This document shows positions 1 through 8,702 of a stretch of 64,000 nt of DNA, one piece after another. Numbering within the stretch: the stretch's first letter is position 1; the number at the start of each line of letters is the position of its first letter. The notes below the pieces were generated by a model. That model was given only the letters and a program-made list of their open reading frames with translations. It had not been told where the DNA came from and did no database searches. The stretch lies in assembly GCA_022821645.1 (NCBI GenBank), contig JAJEDE010000010.1, positions 60,124 to 124,123 of the forward strand. Direction: 5' to 3'. The stretch is from Chloroflexota bacterium. GTDB lineage: Bacteria > Chloroflexota > UBA11872. The position numbers and the translations under genes are program-made.

Positions 1-191
1 TGGCCGGTCATCATCGAGGCGTGGGAGGGTAGGCACCACGGCGCGGACGTGATATTGCGTTCGAAAACGGCACCCTCGGCCGCCAGTTGGTCCAGGACCG
101 GGGTCACGCCGCGCGGGTCGCCGTAGGCCCCAATGTTGTGGGGCCGCTGCGAGTCCATGACTATCCAAAGGATGTTCGGGCGACTGGCCAT
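1..191 (-). CDS. sulfatase-family hydrolase, N-terminal fragment (gene runs off the left edge)
   Basis: My own translation of the reverse strand from the ATG at 191 gives MASRPNILWIVMDSQRPHNIGAYGDPRGVTPVLDQLAAEGAVFERNITSAPWCLPSHASMMTG. This is a sulfatase-like N-terminus with a C-x-P-x-(R/H)...TG box. It is absent from the ORF track because it is truncated. Confidence 0.6.
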   Translation of the reverse strand, partial: MASRPNILWIVMDSQRPHNIGAYGDPRGVTPVLDQLAAEGAVFERNITSAPWCLPSHASMMTG

Positions 192-400
192 GCGTGCGCC
201 CTCCAAGCGGGGTAACGCGCGGGAGTTTAGCGGAGCGACCACTCCCTCTCGCACCGACGCACGAGCACATGTCTCGCGGCCCCGAGCCACAGACGCCTCA
301 CAACCGCGCGCCGCGTGAAGTTGGGAAAGCTGCGCCTGGGCGGACAACGTGACACACTCGTCGCGTAAGCAGTTAGGGCTTCCGGGTCGGAGTAGGCGTC

Positions 401-1408
401 GTGGAATACCGCAATCTCGGTAGAACTGGTGTCAAGGTCAGTCCGCTCTGTCTCGGTTGCTGGAACTTTGGGCACGCCACGGACCGCGAGACATCGCTGT
501 CGATCATCGATCACGCGTTGGACGCCGGGGTCAACTTTATCGACACGGCCAATATGTACGGACGCGGGACGAGCGAGACGATCGTGGGGGAGGCGCTGCG
601 GGAGCCGAGCCGGCGTGGGCGGGCGGTGCTGGCAACGAAGGTCCACTTTGCGATGGATGACGAGGACCCGAACTCGCAGGGCAACAGCCGCCGGCACATT
701 TTGGAGCAGTGCGAGGCGTCGCTGCGACGCTTGCAGACAGACTACATCGACCTGTACCAGATCCATCGTCCGTCGCCTGACGTGCCGCCAGACGAGACGC
801 TGAGGGCGCTGGACGACCTGGTGCAGAGCGGGAAGGTTCGTTACATCGGCACGAGCACGTGGCCGGCCTGGCAGGTGGTGGAGTCGCTGTGGGTAGCCGA
901 GAAGCTGAGTCTCAACCGGCCCATCTGCGAACAGCCGCCGTATCACCTGCTGGACCGGCGCATCGAGCGCGAACTGGTGCCGATGGCGCAGACATATGGG
1001 ATCGGGATCATCCCCTGGGCACCGTTGGCCAGCGGGTTCCTGACCGGGATCTACCAGCGCGACATGGCCGCGCCGTCGGGCACGCGGTTCGAGAAGAACC
1101 CCGAAACGCAGGAACAGCGAAATCTGCACAGCGAAGCGGCGTTCGCCGTACTCGACGAGGTCGTGGCCATCGCCGACGAGAAGGGATGCAGTCCCGCTCA
1201 ACTGGCTCTTGCCTGGAACATGGGTCAGCCCGGAATCACCGCGCCGATTGTGGGTCCCCGCACGCTGGAACATTGGAAGGGCAACCTGGGGGCGCTGGAC
1301 GTTTCGGTTACGGACGCCGACCGGACTCGGCTTGACGCCGTGGCGCCACCGGGGCGCATGATTGCGCCGTATTACGAGGCCCAGTGGGGACCGCGCACCT
1401 ATCGGTAG
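401..1408 (+). CDS. aldo/keto reductase family oxidoreductase
   Basis: 335-aa ORF with a GTG start. The N-terminus EYRNLGRTGVKVSPLCLGCWNFG and the internal YIDLYQIHRP are classic AKR signatures. Confidence 0.9.
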   Translation: MEYRNLGRTGVKVSPLCLGCWNFGHATDRETSLSIIDHALDAGVNFIDTANMYGRGTSETIVGEALREPSRRGRAVLATKVHFAMDDEDPNSQGNSRRHILEQCEASLRRLQTDYIDLYQIHRPSPDVPPDETLRALDDLVQSGKVRYIGTSTWPAWQVVESLWVAEKLSLNRPICEQPPYHLLDRRIERELVPMAQTYGIGIIPWAPLASGFLTGIYQRDMAAPSGTRFEKNPETQEQRNLHSEAAFAVLDEVVAIADEKGCSPAQLALAWNMGQPGITAPIVGPRTLEHWKGNLGALDVSVTDADRTRLDAVAPPGRMIAPYYEAQWGPRTYR

Positions 1409-1427
1409 CCCAAGGAAGGACGTAGCG

Positions 1428-2633
1428 ATGCGGGTGCATGCCAGCCTGAGCGGCGGACGGTTTCCCGAAACGAGCCTGACGGACCTGGAGTCGGAGCCGG
1501 CGTTTACCAGGGCCGAGTACCAGGCGCGCTTGGCGCGCGCGCAGGCGGCGATGGACGCGCAGGGGCTGGACGCGCTGGTGGTGATGAACCCGGCAAGCGT
1601 GTTCTATCTCTCCGGATTTCAGACGTTCGCGGTGGATGGCGGCGCCTGCCTGGTGGTGCCACTGGACGGCGAACCGGCGCTGGCTATGGATCCGCCGGAG
1701 TTCGGCGGGGCGTTGCTGGGCGTGTGGTTCGACGACCTGCACGGGTATCCGCCGGCGATCGAACGGCCGGCTTACGCGGCGCAGATCCTTGCCGAGCGCG
1801 GCGTCTCACGCGGGCGCATTGGACTTGACGGCGCCGTCTGGGGTGCGACAACGGCGTTCTACGCCGGGCTGGCACACGCGTTGCCGCTGGCGGAGCTCAT
1901 CGACGCGACCGACCTGTTGATTGAGCTGAAGCGGCGCAAGTCGTCGGCTGAGATCGAGCACATCCGCAGCGCGGCGGTGGCTACCCAGGCAGCGGTGAAG
2001 GCTGCGACCTCAACAGCGGCAGTAGGCGTCAGTGACGGGGAAGTCGCCGGCGCGGCGTTCGCGGCCATGGCTCAAGCGGGCAGCGAGTACCCGTGCCTGT
2101 CGCCGATCGTCACCAGCGGCCCGCGCTCGGGGATGCTGCACACGACGCACAAGCGCCACACACTCCAGGCAGGCGACAACGTGCTGCTGGAGATCGGCGG
2201 TTGCGTGCAGCGCTACACGGCGCCGCAGATGCGCACGCTGACCATCGGCCCGCCTTCGGCAGAGGTTCGCGGAGCCGCCGACGCGTGCCTTGCCGCCCTG
2301 AGCGCCGTCCTTGAGGCCATGGGACCGGGAGTGGCCGCGAGCGACGCGGCGGATGCGGGCTGGCACGAACTGAAGGCCGCGGGCGATGATCTGGTGTTTC
2401 ACGGGACGTTCGGCTATGGCATTGGGGCAGGATTCCCGCCGAATTGGGCCGACGGTTCCGGCTTCATTCGGAGCGACGCGGACAGCGTGCTGGAGCCGGG
2501 AGTCGTGTTTCACCACCCGGTTGCCGTGCGACGGCTTGGCGAATTTGGGGTGGCATTCAGCGAGACGAGCGTGATCACCGAGGATGGCTGCGAGGTGTTG
2601 ACGCACGGGACACGCGAGCTGACTGAGCGGTAG
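1428..2633 (+). CDS. M24-family creatinase/ectoine-hydrolase-like protein (degenerate metal site)
   Basis: Internal ATG at 1428, preceded by AAGGAAGGA. It has a creatinase-type N-domain plus a pita-bread C-domain. The usual D..D metal ligands read LLEIGGCVQRYTAPQMRT, so it is not a canonical Xaa-Pro peptidase. Confidence 0.8.
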   Translation: MRVHASLSGGRFPETSLTDLESEPAFTRAEYQARLARAQAAMDAQGLDALVVMNPASVFYLSGFQTFAVDGGACLVVPLDGEPALAMDPPEFGGALLGVWFDDLHGYPPAIERPAYAAQILAERGVSRGRIGLDGAVWGATTAFYAGLAHALPLAELIDATDLLIELKRRKSSAEIEHIRSAAVATQAAVKAATSTAAVGVSDGEVAGAAFAAMAQAGSEYPCLSPIVTSGPRSGMLHTTHKRHTLQAGDNVLLEIGGCVQRYTAPQMRTLTIGPPSAEVRGAADACLAALSAVLEAMGPGVAASDAADAGWHELKAAGDDLVFHGTFGYGIGAGFPPNWADGSGFIRSDADSVLEPGVVFHHPVAVRRLGEFGVAFSETSVITEDGCEVLTHGTRELTER

Positions 2634-2638
2634 CTGCC

Positions 2639-3373
2639 ATGGATAGTTGCCAAATCGGAATCGTCTGGCCGGAGCCGGTGCAGGATGGGCACCGGGCGGA
2701 GCTTCAGCGGTTCGTCGGGCCGGACGTCCGGTTGGACATTGAACCGGTCAGGACCGAGCCCGAGCCGGAACAGAACATCACGCTGGCGCTGGTGGAGGGA
2801 CTGGCGCGGGATCCAGAGAATGGGCGCGCCGCAGGGCGGCTGGCCGAGCGCGGGGCGCAGGCCGTGGCGTACGGGTGTACGTCAGGCAGCTACGTGCTGG
2901 GTCCCGCCGGAGACGCGGCCATCACCGCACTGATGCAGGCTGAATCCGGAATGCCCGCCACGACGACCTCGTCCGCCGTCGTGGAGGCCCTGCGAACGCT
3001 GGGCGCACAGTCGGTTGCTGTGCTTTCGCCGCATATCGACGCCCTGAATGAACGGCTGCGCGCCTACCTGGAAGCCTCTGGATTCAGGGTGGCCGCCATG
3101 GTTGGGTTGAATCTGAGCTGCGATATCGAAGCCGTGGAGCCGTCGGAGACGCGGGAGATCGTGGAGTCGCAAGTGGACAGGCCCGACGCCGACGCAGTGT
3201 TTATCAGCTGCACGGGGATGCGGACGGCGGAGGTCATCGGCGACATGGAGGCATCGCTGGGCAAGCCGGTGGTTACGGCCAATCAGGCGACGCTTTGGCG
3301 CGTCGGGCGTCTTGCAGGAGTCGGGATGGACAGGCCTGGGCGAGGGCGCCTGCTCGCAGCTTCGCCGGCGTAA
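2639..3373 (+). CDS. Asp/Glu/hydantoin racemase superfamily protein (maleate isomerase / arylmalonate decarboxylase-like)
   Basis: 244 aa. It carries the paired catalytic-type motifs YGCTSGS and FISCTGMRT and ends with KPVVTANQAT, as in maleate cis-trans isomerase-like proteins. Confidence 0.75.
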   Translation: MDSCQIGIVWPEPVQDGHRAELQRFVGPDVRLDIEPVRTEPEPEQNITLALVEGLARDPENGRAAGRLAERGAQAVAYGCTSGSYVLGPAGDAAITALMQAESGMPATTTSSAVVEALRTLGAQSVAVLSPHIDALNERLRAYLEASGFRVAAMVGLNLSCDIEAVEPSETREIVESQVDRPDADAVFISCTGMRTAEVIGDMEASLGKPVVTANQATLWRVGRLAGVGMDRPGRGRLLAASPA

Positions 3374-3511
3374 CCTCGGCGACTCCTGCCGTCGGCCCTC
3401 GACAGACCTACGGTGAAGAATCGCCGATGCTGTTTCCCCGTACTTCCGGCACTCAATCCGCAAATATCAAATCCACTCCGGACGGGCGACTGGTCAGAAG
3501 CCGAACGGTCG

Positions 3512-4684
3512 CTATTCTTCTGCCATCTGGACGTTGTCCCAGGGGATGAGGCGACCGGCTGTTCGATCTTGGGATTCGGCGCCCCCGTACACCACGGCTA
3601 TTTCGGACGGCGGCAATTCCTGGGAGAGCTGGCGCTGAACACGAAGTGCCCCACTGAACAGGCTTGAGTTTGGGGTCTGGGACGACTTGGCCTCGACCAG
3701 CGTCAGACGTGATGGGTGTTCAATGACCAGGTCGACTTCGGCGCCATCCCGATTCCGGTAGAAGTAAAGGCCCCGCGTTTCGCCGCGATTCAGGCGGTGC
3801 TTGACGATTTCGGAGACGACCCAAGTCTCAAATATGGCGCCACGTAGGGGGTGCGTGCGTAGCTGCTGCGGGGTGCGTATCCCGATAAGCCAGCAGGCGA
3901 GTCCGGTGTCGTAGAAGTGCAGCTTTGGTGTCTTGACGAGTCGCTTGCCAAGGTTCCGGTGATACGGCGGCAGTCGGAAGACGAGGTAGCTGGCTTCCAG
4001 GATGCCGAGCCAAGCCTTGGCCGTCGGCTGGGTTACCCCGCAATCGCTCGCCAGCGACAGAAAGTTGACCAGCTGTCCCGTGCGACCTGCGCACAACTCG
4101 ACGAATCGCTGAAAGATTGCCAGGTCGCCGACCTGGCTGATGGTCCGCACATCGCGTTCCACGTAGGTGGCTACATAGGAGCGGAGCCACTCCGACGGGT
4201 CGAGGCCCCTGTCGAAGATTCGTGGATAGCCACCGGCGAGCATGGCCGTCTCCAGTGTTTCCGGATGATGCTCGAAGCGCACGACTTCGCGACGTGCGAG
4301 CGGCAGGAGGTGGTGAACCGCTGTTCGCCCGGCCAGAGACTGGCTGACCGACTGGACCAGGGCCAGATTCTGCGAGCCGGTGAGAATCCAACGGCCCGGT
4401 CGTGGATCGGCGTCGATGATTCCCTGCAAGTAGGCCGGGAGATCGGGGGCCCGCTGCACTTCGTCGATTATGGCGCCATCGGGATACTGGGCCAGGAAAC
4501 CGCGGGGGTCCTCGGTTGCGAACGTCCGTGTGTCCAGCGCCTCCAGGCTGACGTACTTGTGCCCGGGGAAAATGGTCCGCGCGAGGGTGGTCTTACCGCT
4601 CTGGCGAGGCCCTGTCAGCGTGATTGACGGCGACTTCCGCGCCGCTTCTAGCAATCGGAGAGCAAGGTCGCGCGGGATAGTCAT
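3512..4684 (-). CDS. AAA-family ATPase with C-terminal DUF4143-like domain
   Basis: 390 aa. It has a Walker A motif (TGPRQSGKTT), and its overall layout matches the AAA_14 + DUF4143 family. GC is visibly lower than in the neighbouring genes. Confidence 0.8.
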   Translation of the reverse strand: MTIPRDLALRLLEAARKSPSITLTGPRQSGKTTLARTIFPGHKYVSLEALDTRTFATEDPRGFLAQYPDGAIIDEVQRAPDLPAYLQGIIDADPRPGRWILTGSQNLALVQSVSQSLAGRTAVHHLLPLARREVVRFEHHPETLETAMLAGGYPRIFDRGLDPSEWLRSYVATYVERDVRTISQVGDLAIFQRFVELCAGRTGQLVNFLSLASDCGVTQPTAKAWLGILEASYLVFRLPPYHRNLGKRLVKTPKLHFYDTGLACWLIGIRTPQQLRTHPLRGAIFETWVVSEIVKHRLNRGETRGLYFYRNRDGAEVDLVIEHPSRLTLVEAKSSQTPNSSLFSGALRVQRQLSQELPPSEIAVVYGGAESQDRTAGRLIPWDNVQMAEE

Positions 4685-4702
4685 GTACAGATTCTAGTGC
4701 CG

Positions 4703-4745
4703 AAACTCGGCTAATTCAAAGTCTGATTTTGAATTAGCCGAGTTT
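4703..4745. repeat. perfect 18-bp AT-rich inverted repeat (AAACTCGGCTAATTCAAA / TTTGAATTAGCCGAGTTT) with a 7-nt loop
   Basis: Read directly from the sequence. It lies between the start of the AAA ATPase gene (4684) and the stop of the upstream minus-strand gene (4800). Its function (terminator or operator) is unknown. Confidence 0.6.
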
Positions 4746-4799
4746 TGTTGGCTTCGCAAGACTGCAGAGCGATCCGACGACCTGAGCGCGGGAGGCGGG

Positions 4800-6446
4800 T
4801 CAGCCTGTCGGGTTGTCGTCCTCCGATGTGAACTGGAATGAGTAGAGTTCGGCGCTGCGGAGGGTGAAGCGGAGGCGGCGGTAGGGGGCGCCGGGGCGAC
4901 GGGGGTCGAGGACGCCGGGGTTGCCGTGGGGGACCTTGGCACTGCCGTTCCAGGTGACGATGCGGTCCAGGGCGTCACCGGTGAAGGCGTCGCAGTCGGC
5001 TTCGGTTGCGCCGGTGAGCGGTCTGTCTTGAGCGTCGGTGACTTCAACGCGCAGATAGCCGCCGGGGCGGCAGCGGGCGTTGATCCGCAGGCGGTTGCCG
5101 GGGGCGACCATGGGCTCGGTGACGATGAGGCCTTCGCGTTCGCGGCCGGCATCCAGCGAGACGAAGCCGTCCGGCCGCATGCGGGCCAAGCCAAGGGCGT
5201 AGCCGACGTTGCTCATGTCGTTGACTTCGGGCAGGTGGTCCCAGGCGGTGGATCCGGCGTACTGCTCGGGCGGGCCGGCGAACCACCAGTCGTGATGGTT
5301 GCGCGAGCCGCCGTAGTAGACGCGCAGCTCACCGTCTTTCGCCACCGGCGCGCTGGACACGTTGACCATGAACTGATCCCAGGCGCCGGACGGACCGGGT
5401 TCCAGCCACGGACGACCCGGCCAGACGCGTCGCCAGGTTCGCCCGTCGCGGCTGTGGGTCAGTTCCACGTGCATGGTGTTGCTGACCATGTTGAACACGC
5501 CCATGAATCCGAGCCATTGGGCGCCAACGCGGTAGAGCGACATGCCGTAGAAGGACGTGTCGAGATTGTCGATGTCGGGATCGGGGGCCAGCACGAGTCG
5601 GGGCCGGGTCCAGTGGTGAAAGTCGGCGCTTTCCATCATGAAGACGCGGCGGCGATTCCGACCGCCCGGCTGGTCCGTGGCTACGTCATATGTGGGCGTG
5701 CCGCCGGTCGGTCCCAGAGGCGGCAGGCGCAGCGGGTCGGGCGCGCCGACCATGAATGGGTGACGGGTAATGGCGAGATATGCGCGGGATTCAGGATCGA
5801 CGGCCACGATGGCTGTGTCGTCCAAACGCGCGCGCTCGGCGCCGACGACGGGGGGCTCATCCAAGGGCGTCCAGTGGATGCCATCGGGCGAGACGCCGTG
5901 GCGAACGACTCCTCCGCCAACTTCCTCCTCCGAAGGAGGCACATGGAAGTAGAGGGCCTTGAAGCGGCGGGATTCGTCGGTTTCCCAGGGATCGCGCAGC
6001 AGGCCCATCGAGTGGGGTGAACCGTCGGTTTCCGATCCCATCACGACGTTGGTGTCCTGACCTTCGTGGCTGAACACGCCCATCGGGGGCTTGGTGAAGG
6101 TCTCGCCGTCGTCGGTGTGGGCGTAGAGGTAGCGCATGCGGGCGTTGGCCCAGGCGTGAATAGTGCCGCCCTCGCCACGCGCCAGCTTGTCGCGGTCCAG
6201 CCACCAGTCCTCGTACATGCAGTGGGTGCGGCCGGTGTCGGCGTCGTGCCAGGCCTGCCAGCCGTTGAACGAGAAGTAGGTGATGTGTTCCCAGGGCCGG
6301 TCGGCCTGGATGACAGGGTTGGCCGGTGACTTGTGAGGCCGGTGCACCGTGCGCGTGACGTTGGCGACGGCGCTGACCACGCCGTTGTCAAAGAAATACT
6401 GCGGCGCGTCGCCGATCACGAGTTCCGTTGGGTCCAGGCGTGGCAT
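4800..6446 (-). CDS. uncharacterised protein, beta-propeller glycoside-hydrolase-like with C-terminal beta-sandwich
   Basis: 548-aa ORF with no signal peptide. Repeated W/D-rich blades (PWEHITYFSF, HWTPLDEPPVVG, HWTRPRLVLAPD, GRTWRRV, GELRVYYGGS) resemble GH32/43/130-type propellers. The family is not identified. Confidence 0.55.
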   Translation of the reverse strand: MPRLDPTELVIGDAPQYFFDNGVVSAVANVTRTVHRPHKSPANPVIQADRPWEHITYFSFNGWQAWHDADTGRTHCMYEDWWLDRDKLARGEGGTIHAWANARMRYLYAHTDDGETFTKPPMGVFSHEGQDTNVVMGSETDGSPHSMGLLRDPWETDESRRFKALYFHVPPSEEEVGGGVVRHGVSPDGIHWTPLDEPPVVGAERARLDDTAIVAVDPESRAYLAITRHPFMVGAPDPLRLPPLGPTGGTPTYDVATDQPGGRNRRRVFMMESADFHHWTRPRLVLAPDPDIDNLDTSFYGMSLYRVGAQWLGFMGVFNMVSNTMHVELTHSRDGRTWRRVWPGRPWLEPGPSGAWDQFMVNVSSAPVAKDGELRVYYGGSRNHHDWWFAGPPEQYAGSTAWDHLPEVNDMSNVGYALGLARMRPDGFVSLDAGREREGLIVTEPMVAPGNRLRINARCRPGGYLRVEVTDAQDRPLTGATEADCDAFTGDALDRIVTWNGSAKVPHGNPGVLDPRRPGAPYRRLRFTLRSAELYSFQFTSEDDNPTG

Positions 6447-6605
6447 GGGCTGCGTCTTTGCTGGGCTGGCCTTCAGGCGCGCGTCACCTTAGCGGGCGCG
6501 CGGGGATTTGTAAGCGCCGGTCCGGTCAGCGACTATCGAACTGTGCCTAATTCAACTCGTCTCACTCGCGACGGGAACGTGCGCCAGTACCGAAAGGGAT
6601 CGGAA

Positions 6606-7622
6606 GTGGCCGGTGACCGTCCGCCGCTGATCGGGCTCATGCTCGGCGATAGTGCGGGGATCGGACCCGAGGTTGCCGTTAAGGCGATGGCCTCCAACGC
6701 CGTCGGCGATCATGCACGCGTTGCGATCGTCGGCGACGTGCGCGTCCTCGAGCAAGGCATGCGGGACGCCGACCTGAGATTCGATTACGACGTCTACGAG
6801 ACGCTCGGGGAAGTGACCTGGCCCCGCCGCACCGTTCCGGTGGTCGACCTCGGCAACATGGATCCGAGCGAAGTCGAGCGAGGCCAGGTCTCGCCCGAGT
6901 CGGGCCGAGTCTGCGGCGAAACGCTGAAACTGATGATCGGCCTCGCGATGGCGGGAAACCTTGACGCTATCTGCTATGCCTCGCTGAATAAGGCCGCCCT
7001 GCACCGAGGCGGCTGGCGATTCCCAGACGAGGCCCACATGTTCGCCGAACTGGCCGGGTATGACGGTCTCTTCGGGGAGATGAACGTCATCCCAGAGTTC
7101 AGCACGTTCAGGGTCACCTCACACGTCGCACTGCGCGACGCGGTCGACATGATCACGCCGGAGCGAGTGGAGGCCGTGGTGCGACTGGCCGACCGGACAC
7201 TGCGACGCATGCGGCAGCGGCCTCCGCGAATCGGGGTCGCCGCGCTGAATCCACACGCCGGAGAAAAGGGTCTGTTCGGCGACGAGGAAATCCGGATCAT
7301 CCGTCCCACGATCGAGCGACTCCAGGCCGAGGGCATTCAGGTGGCCGGACCCATCCCCTCGGACACGATCTTCCTGCGAGCGCAGCGGGGCGAATTCGAC
7401 GGCGTGGTGATGATGTACCACGACCAGGGGCAGATCGCGACCAAGCTGCTCGGATTCGGCAAGGGCGTCACAGTACTGGTCGGCCTGCCCGTCACGTTCA
7501 CAACGCCGGCGCACGGCACGGCCTTCGATATCGTCGGACAGGGCATCGCCGACCCGGGCGGGCTCGAGTACGCACTGCGCCTCGCCGCCCGGCTTGCAGT
7601 TCGAGTTCCGCCGGACGCTTAA
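6606..7622 (+). CDS. PdxA-family NAD-dependent 4-hydroxythreonine-4-phosphate dehydrogenase-like protein
   Basis: The signature LGDSAGIGPEV lies near the N-terminus, with NPHAGE and MYHDQG motifs further in. I prefer the GTG at 6606 (or the ATG at 6639) to the track start at 6333, which would add about 90 aa of non-homologous leader. Confidence 0.85.
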   Translation: MAGDRPPLIGLMLGDSAGIGPEVAVKAMASNAVGDHARVAIVGDVRVLEQGMRDADLRFDYDVYETLGEVTWPRRTVPVVDLGNMDPSEVERGQVSPESGRVCGETLKLMIGLAMAGNLDAICYASLNKAALHRGGWRFPDEAHMFAELAGYDGLFGEMNVIPEFSTFRVTSHVALRDAVDMITPERVEAVVRLADRTLRRMRQRPPRIGVAALNPHAGEKGLFGDEEIRIIRPTIERLQAEGIQVAGPIPSDTIFLRAQRGEFDGVVMMYHDQGQIATKLLGFGKGVTVLVGLPVTFTTPAHGTAFDIVGQGIADPGGLEYALRLAARLAVRVPPDA

Positions 7623-7664
7623 TCACGCGCTGTTGGGAGGTCGAATCTTCCACCAGGTTGACGG

Positions 7665-7955
7665 TCAACTGGCATCCAAGAGACGGCGACGCCGTCGGGC
7701 CTGACTGATCACGCGGCGGCGGGCGGCGCGCATCACCAGGTCGAAATCCGGTCCCTGCTCGGCCACAGCCAATGCGGTGAGCGCGCGGTGGAAGGCCGCC
7801 AAGTCACCGGAGTCAATCGATTGATCCGCCACCCAGGTATACAGGGCCCGCAAGACCGCCCGCCGCGGTTCCTGTACGAGCGCCCGCGCGGTCGAGGGCA
7901 CATCGCTGTCAAGATTCTGTTGGGGAGTCGCCGGAGGTACCGTCGTTCCGATCAA
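7665..7955 (-). CDS. hypothetical protein
   Basis: 96-aa ORF with a TTG start and no recognised motif. It is kept only because it fills an otherwise 470-nt gap and lies divergent to the XRE gene. Confidence 0.25.
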   Translation of the reverse strand: MIGTTVPPATPQQNLDSDVPSTARALVQEPRRAVLRALYTWVADQSIDSGDLAAFHRALTALAVAEQGPDFDLVMRAARRRVISQARRRRRLLDAS

Positions 7956-8095
7956 GAGCCGATGTCCTTGCGAGATGCCGGCGACGGAAGAAAACCGCCG
8001 CGAATGAACATATGATCCCAGTTATGGGATATTCTGTCAATATTGCAATTCATAGTCACTCATGGCACAATAGGATTCGCGATTGACAGTCGCAG

Positions 8096-8590
8096 TTGAG
8101 GATGACCGGGGGGAATAGCGACGGACGTCAAGAGTTCGCACGCCGACTGCGTGCCTACATGGGCTACGCCGACCGCACACTGGACGAGGTGGCGCAGAGC
8201 CTGAGTGCCGCCGGTGTGCCGTCCAGTGCGAGCACCGTCAATCGCTGGTCTCGCGGACAGTCGGTTCCGAATATCGTCGCGGCCCAGGCGCTGGGCCGGC
8301 TTGTCGAGGAATCCGGCATGACCCCGGCCGGCGAAGGCGTGACCTGGCTGCTGGGCAACCGACCGCCCGGCCCGGCCTCAGAATCGTCGGCCGCGACGCC
8401 AAGCCTTGACGGGGCGGTGCGCGATTGGCAGTTCCACACCGCCAGCCCGGCGCTCTCGAAGGCTCTGGCCGAGCGGGGTGTGCCCGCCGCGTATCGTAAG
8501 CCGCTCGCCGACCTGCTGGCGCAACTGCTGGCTGAGATCGAATCGGAACAGCCGGACCCGCCGTTAGCCGACGAGGACGCCGCTAGCTAG
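8096..8590 (+). CDS. XRE-family helix-turn-helix transcriptional regulator
   Basis: The N-terminal segment EFARRLRAYMGYADRTLDEVAQSLSAAGVPSSASTVNRWSRGQSVP is HTH_3-like. The start is TTG at 8096 or ATG at 8102. An AT-rich region with inverted repeats lies upstream. Confidence 0.7.
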   Translation: MRMTGGNSDGRQEFARRLRAYMGYADRTLDEVAQSLSAAGVPSSASTVNRWSRGQSVPNIVAAQALGRLVEESGMTPAGEGVTWLLGNRPPGPASESSAATPSLDGAVRDWQFHTASPALSKALAERGVPAAYRKPLADLLAQLLAEIESEQPDPPLADEDAAS

Positions 8591-8618
8591 AATGGGAGAG
8601 TTACCTTTGGGTGGCCCG

Positions 8619-8690
8619 GCGGAAGTGGCTCAGTGGTAGAGCATCTCCTTGCCAAGGAGAGGGTCACGGGTTCGAATCCCGTCTTCCGCT
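8619..8690 (+). tRNA. tRNA-Gly (anticodon GCC)
   Basis: Cloverleaf folded by hand: acceptor GCGGAAG/CTTCCGC, anticodon loop TTGCCAA, T-loop GGTTCGAATCC. No CCA is encoded. Confidence 0.9.
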
Positions 8691-8702
8691 CCTAGATACG
8701 TC

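Noticed and set aside
227-1273. 348-aa minus-strand ORF opposite the first aldo/keto reductase
   Set aside because: The plus-strand frame carries unmistakable AKR motifs. The minus-strand frame is Arg/Pro-rich with no motifs.
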